NCBI RefSeq assembly: GCF_036321535.1
Contig: NC_087436.1
Location: 20,524,001 to 20,588,000, forward strand
Source of the DNA: Camelus dromedarius
Taxonomy: Eukaryota
DNA length: 64,000 nucleotides
Direction: 5' to 3'
The notes beneath the pieces were generated by a model. That model was not told the origin of the DNA, searched no databases, and saw only the letters and a list, made by a program, of their open reading frames with translations. The position numbers and the translations under genes are program-made. This document shows, in pieces, positions 37,616-49,065 of the stretch; positions within the stretch are counted from its first letter, which is position 1, and the number at the start of each line of letters is the position of its first letter.

Positions 37616-38494
37616 TCATTTTTGTTTATTTGTTGGTTGATCCTGGGTATTTACCTATGCCCGACACAAGCAGTACACCTTATTTGATAATGAGAGCCTC
37701 CACTGTGGCAGCGGTGGAGTCTGGTGGATGTGAGTCGGGCCTCTGGTTCACACCCTGCAGGCAGATTTCTGCTGTGTCTTTTAAGAAAGAATGAGTGACT
37801 TCCTCAATGATTGAAGTACTCAAAGATCCGTTGAGTCTGCTACCTCTGCTCTTGGTCAGCCTTCAGTTGAGGTCCTCAGACTTTTAGTATGCTCAAACAT
37901 GTCCAGCTCTAGCCTCTACTGACCCAATGCCAAACTTTTTATTCAATATCTTGGCCATCTCCTCCCTCCTTCCCTGTCTAGGTGAATAGCTATCATGTGG
38001 CCAAGCAGTCTCTAGATGTCAGCGACTACTGCTGCTGCAGACTGGCTGGCCACACTTCCATACACGCACTTGATAAGGAAACAGTGAACCAGAGTTAGAC
38101 AGTTGCTGCTCATAGCACAGCAGGCAGTACAAGCTTCACCTTTTCGTCAATTCTTCTCATTCCCCGAGTCTACCGGACAATGTGGAGCAGACTCGGCGAA
38201 TGCCGAGCATACAGTGGTCTGTCAGAGATGAGGAACTCTGCACAAAGGAACACTCCAATCTTAAAGGCACTGCTAGCAAAGCTGCCCAGTCTTTGCCCAG
38301 GAGGGAGAAATTATTTTCCTGCTGGGGAAGCCTGTTTGCCTTCGGACCCAGAGAGAAATGCTGCCTTTTATCTTCCAAGGTTATTTGCTGTGCTAATATC
38401 CTTGAAAAGATAATCTGAGATGTGTAGTAAAAATGCCATGGAGAATTGCCTCCCAGTGGTAACTCCCATTTCTACCCATTTCTGATGGTGGAAT

Positions 38495-39850
38495 CCATGA
38501 GTTTAATTTGGGGAATATTAAATTTCAGGTGTTAATGGGATGTTAAGGTAGATACCCCTTCACATATAGCCAGTAAGCAATCGGCTATATGTAGTTTGAG
38601 CCCCAGAAAAGGAATCGTATCAAGAAATTGATTAGATTTTCATCAATATGGGTGGTAGTTAAAACCACAGGAGAAGATGAAGTTATCCAGAGAGCATATA
38701 AATGAGAAGAAGGTCATGAGTAGAAAGAACTTTGGGAATTAGCAATGTTTATATGATAGGAAAGCAGGAGCAACAGAGGAGTTGAAGAAGGAAAGGAGAA
38801 GAAAAGGAGAATTAGGAGAGAGTTGCACTTTAGAATTCAAGAAAACAATATAGTCCACGAAGGGAGGAATCAGGTGTATCAGATACAACAATGAGGTCAA
38901 ATAAGATGAAAGCTGAGAAGTGTCTATTGGCTTTAGCAGCTTTGAGGACACAGGTGCCTTTTGCAAGAGCGTTTCAGTGGCATTGTAGGTAGAGATGTTT
39001 GATTGTAGCAGCAAGATCTTCCTCTGGCAAAGAAGGTATATTAGGTTGTATGGTTACTGTAATCAATTACCAAAAGCTTGGTGGCTTAAAATAACAGAAC
39101 TTTATTCTTTCATAGTTCTGGAAGCCAGAATTCTGAAATCAAGGTAGCAGCAGGGCTGCCTCTCTCCCGAGCTTGGGGAGAGCCCTGCATTGTCTCTTCT
39201 AGCTTCTTGTCAGGTGGTTGCTGACTTTCCTCGACATTCCTTGACTGTGGCATCATCACTCTGGTCTTTGCCACCATCTTCACGTCGCCTTCTCCTCCAC
39301 GTGCTGGTGTCTTCCCTTCTGTTTGTTTCACATCTCCCTCTGCCTTTCTCTTACAAGGACACTTGTTTTTGAATTTAGGGCCCACCTGGATAATGGAGGA
39401 TGATTCCCTCATCTCAAGACCCTTAAATCAATCACATCTTTGAAAGCCCTTTTTTTCCATATAAGATAACATTCATGCTTCCAAGGATTAGGACATGGAC
39501 TTGTCTTTTTAGGGACTGCCATTCAACCTACTACGGAGGAATCAGGAGTGGAGGTAAAAGAATGAGTCTGCAAATGGAATATGAAGAGCCTGGAGAAAGG
39601 AAGTTAAATAGAGATGTGTAGAAATTGGAGTTGATGGGTCAGAGCCAGAAGATTTCCTACCTGGAAGCCTCAAATGTCTCTGTGAAGCAGGAGACAAGGT
39701 CATCTGTTCAGAGGAAAGGCAGTAGGGATAGGAGTGGGAGTAGGACAAAAATGAAATATTATAAAAGCCATGGGCATGGGAGGAAAAGTTGAGAAAAAAC
39801 AGGTAAAGGGCAGAGATGGAGAGGTAAGATGTTAGGGTCTGTATATTTGT
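38495..39850 (-). mobile_element. L2 internal fragment, split by MLT1C
   Basis: gaggtcaaataagatgaaagctgagaagtgtctattggctttagca; purine-rich L2 sequence resumes after 39536. Confidence 0.65.
39037..39535 (-). mobile_element. MLT1C-type MaLR solo LTR
   Basis: aattaccaaaagcttggtggcttaaaataacagaactttattctttcatagttctggaagccagaa...gggcccacctggataat...ccattcaacctactac. Confidence 0.9.
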
Positions 39851-39923
39851 AGATCTTACACTTGCAGATTTGAGCATACCTTTATGCATCTTTGGTTATA
39901 TTTTTCATCAAGAGAATGCAGTA

Positions 39924-39924
<1 letters not shown>

Positions 39925-39966
<42 letters not shown>
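39925..39966. repeat. (AAC)14 microsatellite
   Basis: Read directly; it produces the poly-V and poly-L ORF artefacts. Confidence 0.95.
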
Positions 39967-39968
<2 letters not shown>

Positions 39969-40616
39969 AGAAAAGCAAAACAAATGCCCAGGAAAATGAA
40001 GCAGCAGCCTGATAACGTAGTCTAGACGAGCCCAGCAAAGCCACTGCTTTCTCACTGTGAAACCTACGGAAACACTGATGGTGGCAAACGCACAGCCAGG
40101 ATTAATGTGGGAGAGCAGGGAATGAAAGCCTTCAGTCATTGGGAGCTCCATGGGGAGCAGGGCAAATTGAGCTGAATTTTCTTTGGCTTCTGATCTAAAG
40201 TTTCTCTAGAAAAGGCTTTTCGAGGAAATGAGAGAAATGCCAAGAAGGGGAGTGTGCTAACTGTGGGGTAGATAAGCCTCTGAACATACTGTACTTGTCC
40301 AAATGATCAAACCATAGGAACAAACTTCAGTCTGTAACTTTAGCCTTATTATCACTTAAAAAAATTAACATGAGGGTATTTACTGGGCACCAGCCATGTG
40401 TTGGCTTCCATCTTGCCCTGAGTCCATATTTGGTGGAAATAGTGCCAGCATTTATATAAATGACTCCAAGCAAGTTCTGATCTTGCATCTTCCCACTGTG
40501 TACCATTAAACCCATGTCCGAATTTTCAGATTGTTATGTGATTGGAAGAACAGATCACACAATTTTCCAGCATCCTTCACATAAGTCAATGAGTTTAAAT
40601 GGAATCTTGATATTTG

Positions 40617-40723
40617 TTTGTTTAGTTTTTGTTTTTGTTTTTAAATGGCGGTATTGGAGATTGAACTCAGAATCTTGTGCATGCTAAGCATGCACTTTAT
40701 CACTGAGCTATACTCACCCCCCA
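40617..40723 (-). mobile_element. Camelid tRNA-derived SINE (vic-1 type), short form
   Basis: Reverse complement GGGGGTGAGTATAGCTCAGTGATAAAGTGCATGCTTAGCATGCACAAGATTCTGAGTTCAATCTCCAATACC. TSD aatcttgatatttg (40603-40616) / aatattggtatttg (40724-40737). Confidence 0.88.
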
Positions 40724-40928
40724 AATATTGGTATTTGGATTAATGGAACAGAGATAAGAGATGAGCAAGAATTTTGTTTTCTGAGTCCATAATACTCATT
40801 TCTTTGTTCTGCAAGTTCAAAGCTAAAGAGACATGGGTTATAGTACACTGTAGTTCCTAAATTTCATGTTCTGTGTGTATATCCTCTAGGCACCAGGAAC
40901 CAAGGGAGTGTCTGTATATACCTTATAG

Positions 40929-41087
40929 TAGTGCTTCTCATACTTTAATGTGCTTATGAATCTCTTAGGAATCTTGTTAAAATGTAGATTCTGTAGGTTT
41001 GGAATGGGCCTGAGATTTTGCATTTCAAACAAGATCCCAGATGACACTGATGCTACTGGTCCAAGGAATATATTTTGAATAGCAAGG
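40929..41087. mobile_element. MER5A/B hAT-Charlie MITE
   Basis: agtgcttctcatactttaatgtgcttatgaatc...tcttgttaaaatgtagattctg...gggcctgagattttgcatttc. Confidence 0.85.
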
Positions 41088-41288
41088 TGTTAAACTTGTT
41101 GAATCCTTACACATGGGCTGGTCAGTGTAACGTTAGAAAAAAATTGTAGATGCCAGTAAGCTGGAAATGTTTCCCTTATCTTTTGAGAAGATCCATAATT
41201 TTTTAGACTCTCAGTAAGTCTTCATATTGACCATAAATCTACTTAGCTTTCTCTGTGGTGAGTAGCCGGCAATGAAAAGGAGCCAAGA

Positions 41289-41598
41289 AGCACAGGGAGA
41301 CATATTCAAGATCTTATAATAGCTCACGGGGAAAAGGAATATGAAAACAAATATATGTATATTCATGTATGACCAAAAAATCGTGCTGAACACCAGAAAT
41401 TGACACATTGTAAACCCACTATAACTCAATAAAAAAAAAATCTCGTAATAACCTATAATGAAAAAGAATATGAAAAAGAACATATATATATATAAACTGA
41501 ATTACACCATGCTGCATACCAAAAACTAACACAATATTGTAAACTGACTATACCTCAATAAAAATAAAATAATTTTTAAAAATTAAAAATAAATAAAT
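41289..41598 (+). mobile_element. Two tandem L1 3' tails inside a single TSD
   Basis: Tail 1 (41289 to about 41440) and tail 2 (about 41441-41598) each end in AATAAA plus an A-rich tract. Perfect 14-bp TSD aaaaggagccaaga (41275-41288 / 41599-41612). Confidence 0.9.
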
Positions 41599-41883
41599 AA
41601 AAGGAGCCAAGATATCAACTCAAAAGATAGTGAGTGAGAAATTTCTTGGTTTTGAGGTTGAAAGGGCTCAGTAAGTACGTTCCTGAGACTGTATAGGGCT
41701 TTTCTTTTCTTTTTCTTTTTCTTTTTTTTCCTTTTTTTATATTAAACCTCATGAAGAACCTGGACAATCCCTTGAGTTAAAAAGAGCTTCTTGTTTTTAT
41801 GATCAGGATTTCAGTAGCAGTTTTGGAGGCACTTTTACTAACATTAATTAAGCTACTTGCAGATTTAGCTATCAGAGAGGATT

Positions 41884-42375
41884 GTATTGGTTTCTTATTC
41901 AGCATCCATCTTCTTCCTTCTTTTTTATCAGAAACCCAGTTTTGTGAAAGTATTGCCCCTGCACTGTGGAGCCATGCACCTATGGATACTCCAGCAGTGG
42001 GTCTGCTCTACTGAAGGGTCATTCCGTTCCTTTTGCCAGTATTGGCTTAGGAATGAGATGTAGATGCTTCTGGGGGAGACTCTAGGACACATTTTCTCCT
42101 AAGAGAGACCCACAGAAGGCAAAACTCCATCATCTGTATCTTAGTAGGGTGTGAGCTCTGAAACTGCCAAGGTCATCTTGTAACCAGCCTGAGAATAAAG
42201 CCAACAACAGTAGGGAGAAGGGGAGGACTGATAACAGCATTAGCCACTGACTTAACGCATCTTATAGTCCTCCTGACTTCTGGACTTTTCAATCGATGAA
42301 ATAATTTCTACTTTTAAGTATTCTGGCTAGTCTGATTTGAGATCTCTGTCGCTTTTAACTGAAAACATCCTTCTT
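41884..42375 (+). mobile_element. Old MaLR LTR (MLT1K/L-like)
   Basis: tgtattggtttc...ggtcattccgttccttttgccagtattggcttaggaatgag...gtcatcttgtaaccagcctgagaataaagccaaca...aactgaaaacatcc. Confidence 0.65.
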
Positions 42376-43469
42376 TTTCTCTTCACACCAAATAAAGTTG
42401 AGAAGGACAAGATGTGGAGAGTGGTCATCCCTGCATAAGTTGCTCTTAGAATCCTCAAGAGGATCACAGTGCAGTGGGGAAAATTTATAACCATTTTTAT
42501 TAAAGCCGTATAAACTCAATGTGGTTACAATGAAATAACCAGCCACACTGATTCTCATCTGATAGGTGAATAGATTAATTTCTTTAATTTTAATAAAGTT
42601 TTTTCCCCCAAAAAAGTATTATTTAAAACCTAAATTTTCACATTGCACTGATAAACTTGAGAACTGAGTAGGTTTTTCAAGCATTGATTTATTTATTTTT
42701 ATTTTCCATTTTATGTACTTTGTGTGGCTTCTGATGAGTGGCCCTAGATTATTCATGACTGCCTCTACTGTGAGTAGGTAGATTTTAAGAAAAACAAGTC
42801 ACCAGCCACTCTTTCTGCACTTTGAACACACACATCGCCAGAGTGGATACTGTTCAAACGTGAAAAATTAGAACTCACATTACAGTTCAGGCTGCTGCAA
42901 TGCTTTGACACTGGCTTCTCCCAAAAGTAAATAGTCTTAGTTTGTTGATCATTTTTTGTTAAAACTCCATTTCTGAGTGTTGTGAAACATCAAATAATCT
43001 GTACATTCGCACGGCTGGATATGATGCTGTGTGAAGCAAAGGGTTGAAGAATGACTTCTTTATAATAGCATATGGCAAATCTCTCTAATGAGAGGCCGTT
43101 TACTGGACAAGCCTCCTACATGTGGTCCTTGACAGCAGGTGTCTGGAGAAAATCCTGCAAACATTTTCAAGTATACTGTTACTGGCAATTGACAAGAAAA
43201 GGTAAAGATCTGAATGTGGAGGATGGAGCCAGAAAGGAAAAGAAAATGCAAAACGATAATGAAAAAGAGACGGAAAAAAAAAAGAAAAGAAAAGAAAATC
43301 TGCAAACCCCAGTTCACCAGCTTTTTTCTGCATTAAGGAAGTGTATAAATAACTCCATTAGAGGGCACTAAACATGACATATTACCTCCACGGAAGAGAA
43401 AGGCCTTATTGTGCTCACACCACTAAGTTACCTAAGGCTCCTTTCTCAATAGAGAATGGATGCAAGTGA

Positions 43470-43745
43470 CCGGCTCGCATCGGTGCGGAGTTTAATTAAA
43501 CCACTCAACACTGGTCTGCAGAAGCTGAGAATGAAATTTATTGGGAGAAAATGTTCATTTGGACAAGTTTTAACATGAGATTTTTGCATCCCATGCTTAA
43601 TGTCAAATGCAGGGCTGTCGCTCATAATTGTGTTTTTGTGCGCTGAACAAAGGCACCTGGTCCAGGAGGTGAGTGGAGGCTGCAGTCAAACGACGTTGCA
43701 CTTGCCAAGCCGGAACCCTGGCTGAGGGTTGCATTTGCCGGGAGC
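43470..43745. promoter_or_regulatory. Candidate enhancer / conserved non-coding element
   Basis: 10 CpGs in about 280 bp, palindrome GTTTAATTAAAC (43490-43501), TTTGCAT (43583), SOX-type AACAAAG (43646) and CACCTG (43654); no repeat recognised. Confidence 0.35.
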
Positions 43746-45548
43746 CAGGGGTGCATTTTTTTTTTTTTTTTCATCCCACAAAGGTACTTTCTTCAGTTAA
43801 GCCATGTGCTCTCCCACAGGGCCATCTTTTACTAATTCGCCAGATGGGAAGTAGGGGCATTTTTCTTTTAATGGTGCTTTTTCTAATTTGTCCACCTAGA
43901 GAAGACACCTTTTTTCCCTCTTTGGCACAAAGTCACGTAGAAACTAACAGCTGCCCTGTTCTCTGCTTCTAAAAGTGGACCCTAGGAAAAGACTAACATA
44001 GAAGGCAACTGGGCATTTAGCTACCGATCTGTAGGCAGATTGTACATATACTTTGAGAACTGTTATTATTGAAAGGTAGACATGGCCTTATTATCTGCCT
44101 GCTATTTCAGGAATTGGCCCGGTCTGCTGGTGAAAGTTAAGGAATTGCAGGTGGGAGGAATAAGCTTATGTCCCTGAAAGGTGGGCTCTATAATCCTACC
44201 CTATTGCCACCCAGTGTCCCCTGCTCTTGGTGGTCTAAGGAATGCAAAGTGAGCAGAATTGACAAGGAGCATTTTTTCTTTTATTCCATACGATACATTA
44301 CACCTTATGTGTGACAAGGGAGGGAGTGAAAACAAAGCAATTAAGAGCAAAGGGAAATCACAGAGTCTGGTTTCCTCTTTTCCTCCTTATCAAAGTTTTA
44401 GCAGTGATTTTGAACTCTTATTAATTCTCTTGCTTTGTCAATACCAAGAGATAAAAACACATTTCTCAAAAATTCTATTCTTTATCAATGTGGTCAGTTT
44501 TATTATTTCTCCAATTATTTGCTCTCCTTTCCTTGTGGGAAAATTGTACCTTTGTACCCTGAAGTTTCCACTCATCAAAGAGTGGTATTGGGTTTGGTCA
44601 CGTGACTTCCTTTGGCCAATCTTATTTCAGCAGATGTGGTAAGTGTCATTAAATGGTTAGTGTGTATATTTATTATACTGCCTTCCCTGTGCCATGAGGA
44701 TTGCGTGTCCTATATAGGGGGTTGCTTCTCCAGCCTGGGTCTGAAAATGAGAACCATGTGGACCAGCAGCCTACATGCAACAATAGTGCTAAGTAAACCT
44801 TTATTTTATGTGCCACAGAGATTTGGGGGGTCATCTGTTATTACAGCAAAGCCAACTCGGTACAAAGAGTGAAATGCTGTGTAACAGAAATCCTAAGAGA
44901 GGTGACATTAGCTTCTGGCCAGTGTATGACAAGGAAACTTTAATTAAAGACGGGGGAAAAATGGCAATCTATGATACGGAGTGGTGACTATTTTGTATAA
45001 TGGCTGTCCTAGATAAAGGCAGAAGTACGCTTAATGTATCTATGACCTTCAGTTAAGATGTGGTAAAACAGAATGTCACTGCAGTGCCACAATTGCTATT
45101 AGATGCGTTTGACAAGTGACTGTAAAGAAGAAATGAGCTCAGAAAAGAATTGGCCAAGCTGGGAAGAGAGGAAAAAGAGAATTTAGAAGTGTTGAGACTT
45201 GCAGGGTTGAACTGTGTAACCATTTCTCCCATCTACCAGTAAAAGGTAAAATTTAGAAATGCTTTGAGCAACAGTGGCCGATTAAAACTTACTCTTGGGT
45301 CAAAGAATAAATCAAGGGGCGTGGCTACCACACCCCTTGTTAAAACATCCAAATGTATTATGGATCCCCTTCCCCACAAATAAATCCGCTCAGCTGGACA
45401 GAATGGCTCAGGGGAAAGAGCTAAGGGCATATCAAGCCAATGAAAGACCAATAAGCTCAAACTGCTTGTAAGTGGGAGGTCGGGGGAGGGGCTTAAAAAA
45501 ATTGTAGGTGTGGCTATTGGCACATGGATCTAATTAGAATCAAATAGA

Positions 45549-45647
45549 GCAAGACTGGGACATTGTGCTGTACACCAGAAGTTGACACACTGTAATTGAC
45601 TGTACTTCAATAAAAAATTAAAATGACAATTAAAAATTTTAAAAAAT
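45549..45647 (+). mobile_element. Very short camelid-type L1 3' tail
   Basis: actgggacattgtgctgtacaccagaagttgacacactgtaattgactgtacttcaataaaaaa. TSD aatcaaataga (45538-45548) / aattaaataga (45648-45658). Confidence 0.85.
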
Positions 45648-45836
45648 AATTAAATAGATATAAAGCCAACAGTATTGGGGGGGTGTGTGTGAAAGAGAGA
45701 GCCAGACAGACACAGAGACTGAGACAGAGAGAGACTGTGAAAAGAGCCAACAGCTTGAATTTAAAACAAAAATTACTGTTCAAGACATAAAAGCTTACCT
45801 TTGGGTCTCTGAATGTCTGTAGGCTGAGAAGGATGC

Positions 45837-46241
45837 TGACAAACGTCCTTAGGAGCTCTCTCTTTGACTAGGTCCCCCCCCCAACCACCACCACTCTAGT
45901 GAGAATGCCTCCCATCCTTGTTATCTGATCACCCTCAATATCTGGATCAAATAATTCCTCATCTCCCACCCTTGATGTCACCATGGCTTGTCTTTAACAA
46001 GAGTCCGGTTACATCGGTTTAGCAAGAGTCTCCCCCACCCTTGATGTCTTCCTCTTGGTAATTTTCCACCCACTGACCCCCTCATTCTGCTCATTGACTC
46101 GAAATCCCTACTGGTCCTTGTCGTATTCGAGTGAAGCCCAGTTTCTCTCCCATTATAATAGTCTTGGCAACTATCGCAGTAGTCCTGAATAAAGTCTCCC
46201 TCACCATGTTAACAAGGGTCAGAATAATTTTTTCTTTAATG
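45837..46241 (+). mobile_element. MER31-type ERV1 solo LTR
   Basis: tgacaaa...atctgatcaccctcaatatc...ggtaattttccacccactgacccc...gtcctgaataaagtc...gaataattttttctttaa. 4-bp TSD ATGC (45833-45836 / 46242-46245). Confidence 0.85.
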
Positions 46242-46829
46242 ATGCTCAGCCACAAAGGAGGGCATGTTGTCCAGTGGCCTCTGCAGATGTAGTCAAGGAG
46301 GATAAGACAAAGGAAGGAGGGCAGAGGCCAGAGCCATGGAGAAACTGGTCTGGAGAATTACTTCCAGGAAGTAGAACTAGGGCCAGGGCCAGGAGCACTT
46401 CCTCCCCACAGAGGAAGAGGCCTTTGCAACGCTGGCCCGGGGATGCTTGCTTTGGTAAGTGACTGCTGTGTATCTCCCTTTGTTTCTGAAGAGGGTTTCT
46501 CATTGTTCTTCCCAAGCTACTACTATAGCCTGTGTCTGTAACTTGTGTTTTAGTCCATATGCCTCCGAAGAAAGACTAGACATACACAGATGTGGAATAG
46601 AGAGAATCAGGGGACTTCAAGGGTGCTTTCACAAATGGATGGAATTGTGCACTTGGAGAGGAGGCAAGTGACGCCTGGTGATCCCGAGGGTAAACTGGGG
46701 CAGACTGTGCTATTGTCCCCCCTCTATTTATCCTCCCTTTTCCTGAAAGAAGATGATTCATTCATCCTCGCTCATTGCCATGTGATTTGCAGGAACCCTC
46801 CCCACCACCCCCAGCCACCATAGGAGGGG

Positions 46830-47290
46830 TGTATTCGGTGGAAATAAGCAAAGACCACCCAAAGGAGAACAAACAGAGGCTATTTATTCAGAGTTTGCTA
46901 CGTAGCAAGGCAGTCAGCCTCCATCACTTGCATTTGGCAGAGACTCAAAGGCAGGCAGGAGGGTAGGACTGCCATATTACAGGGGAGGAAAGGGGAGACT
47001 TCAGGTATGCTGACTGAGGTTGTGGGTGTGGAAAAGCTGGAGGCAGGCTCACTGAAAATGGAGAATGTTATATGATTGGTTTGGGAGTATATTTGGCTTC
47101 TCTGGTTAATTTTGACTTGGAAGCAGGGGCAAAAAAATATCTGGCAGTCATTAACCAAGTGCTGACCACTTGGGGCCCATGGCTACAGATGTTGTGGTTT
47201 GGCTTCCTGGGCCGATTGCTGCCGAGGTCGTAGGTCAGAGTTTGATTGCCTAAGTCTGGCTGTTCTCCACTTGTGTGTTCAGTCTCTCCA
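46830..47290 (-). mobile_element. ERV-type solo LTR (MER89/MER90-like group) inside the MaLR 3' LTR
   Basis: TG...CA ends, an AATAAA on the minus strand (ctatttattcag), and tgattggtttgggagtatatttggcttctctggtt. Confidence 0.65.
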
Positions 47291-48324
47291 TTCTGTTTCA
47301 TCAACATTGAGCTTAACAATGGGACTTCTTCAGCCAATAGGATGTGAGTGGTCGTTGTCTGTGTCCTGTTAGGCAGAAGGCTTGCGAGCCATCGCATGTT
47401 TGACTCTGGACCTCTTTCCCCTCTTCTGTGAGAATGGCATGTCTGACCGAGGGGCTGTGAATGTGAAGATTCACGGAGCAGAGCCACAGCCTACCCACTG
47501 CTCAAAACACAGCTGCAGTGGACCTGGAGTTCCTGTGACATGCCAATGAAAAAATAAACCTTTGTTTTGTAAGCCATTAACAGTTGAGGTTCCTTGTCTA
47601 GGCAACAGAGCTAACTAATGCAGTCATCCTCTGGTTTAGATCAGAGAGACTCTGATAAGATGGTTCTAAAACCTAAGTAAAGAGTTAAAGGCATGTATCT
47701 CTAAATATTAAGAAACAGAATATCTGCACCAATGAGTAATAGTAATGATGAGAACAGCAGTGACTAGCTATACTTAGTGATTTTGAAATTGTCATGGAGT
47801 TCATGAAGAAAATGTAATTCACCAGAATTCCTCTTAAAAACCTGCCTTTCTAGAAAAGTACTTCAATGACTTGTAAGGTGAGACAGTAAGAGGATGTAGC
47901 TGGGGCAGAATTACTCTTAGGAAGTGGAGGGAGGGTTTTTGTTGTTGTCGATGTTAAACCAGAGAGGAAAGGAGACTAGGAAAAGAGGCAGACAGGAGGT
48001 GGAACCAGGGAGATGGTGGGAGACCTCAGTGCTCAGTGTGGTCAGTCCTCCCTGTGACCCCTTCTCTCCAAGTCTCCGATACATTTGTGAAATTTATGCA
48101 ACGACTGGGTCGAAACTTGGTGAGACAGCAATGTGGCTGGGCTTTCCTCCAGGCTAATATGCCTGGTGGGTGCAGAAATATAAAAGTAGAGATGATTATG
48201 GCCGTGAGCCACGGGAAGTTACAAGAAATTGTGGGAAGCGCTTTCAATGGTCACAGGTTGACGAGTTGGGCCGAAGTTGACTAGATTTGTTCTGTTGATA
48301 GACAAATTGTTTCAGCAAAAGCCT

Positions 48325-48480
48325 ACAAGTAAATATTATTCCCATTTCACTGATGAGGAAACTGAGATTCATAGCAGCGGCATAATTTGTCTTGAATCAT
48401 GCAGGGAGTAATTTGAACAGCTGGGGTGAAATTCTGATATGAATTCTCCAAAGGCTATGCTCTTTCTTCTGTCATTCTGG
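48325..48480 (-). mobile_element. MIR
   Basis: tattattcccatttcactgatgaggaaactgagattca. Confidence 0.8.
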
Positions 48481-48639
48481 TTCCGTGTGAAATTTAAATT
48501 TGGATGAAATCTACAACCTCTCTGAAAAATTTTAATAATGGCAATTATTTATGGAAATCTTTACTAAAATTTTTCCTTTACTAATGAAATTTTAGCATTG
48601 TGCCTTCTTTAATGTTTTCAACACACATTTGTAAAACCA

Positions 48640-49065
48640 CAAATTGTTTATCTTGCTTCATGGAGGTGAAGGATCAAGTCCAAATCCCTTGCCTGGGCAC
48701 CTGTGCCCCGTCTGACCTGGGCCACCAGGTTCACTGCTCTGAGTTCCACTCACACCACACTCTGCCTCTGTCTGAGCTCCAGCTGCACCACCTTCCTCAA
48801 AGGCACCACTGTGCTCTTGCATTTACCCTGTTCCTGGAAGGTTTTTTCCAGTATCCACACACTCTTGTCAAAAAAAGAAAAAAAAATTTTTCATGGAAAT
48901 AAACCCTACCCGACTTCCAGATTTTAGTTTAAATATTTCTCTTCAATGCAGCCTCTCCTAACTACCTGTCCACTCCCTCCACATTAGGTCATGTCCTCTT
49001 CCTGCATATTCTCCTCCTTTGCATCTTTGGTGGTAACTGTATGTCCCCGTGATCACTAGTTTAAT
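48640..49065 (+). mobile_element. L2 fragment
   Basis: aggatcaagtccaaatcccttgcctgggc...ccctgttcctggaagg...tcaatgcagcctctccta. Confidence 0.6.

Larger units (their letters stand above)
44489..47622 (+). mobile_element. MaLR element with LTR-int-LTR structure (MLT1H/I/J-like), carrying nested insertions
   Basis: 5' LTR about 44489-44864 (tgtggtcag...ggtaca) runs into MLT-int-like aagagtgaaatgctgtgtaacagaaatcctaag. A PPT-like gagggtaaac precedes the 3' LTR at about 46698, which ends aataaacctttgttttgtaagcca...ctaactaatgca. Confidence 0.65.

Noticed and set aside
39856..40151. Poly-V and poly-L ORFs; likewise poly-Q at 55118-55360 and the F/L/S ORFs at 62597-62864
   Set aside because: These are translations of microsatellites.
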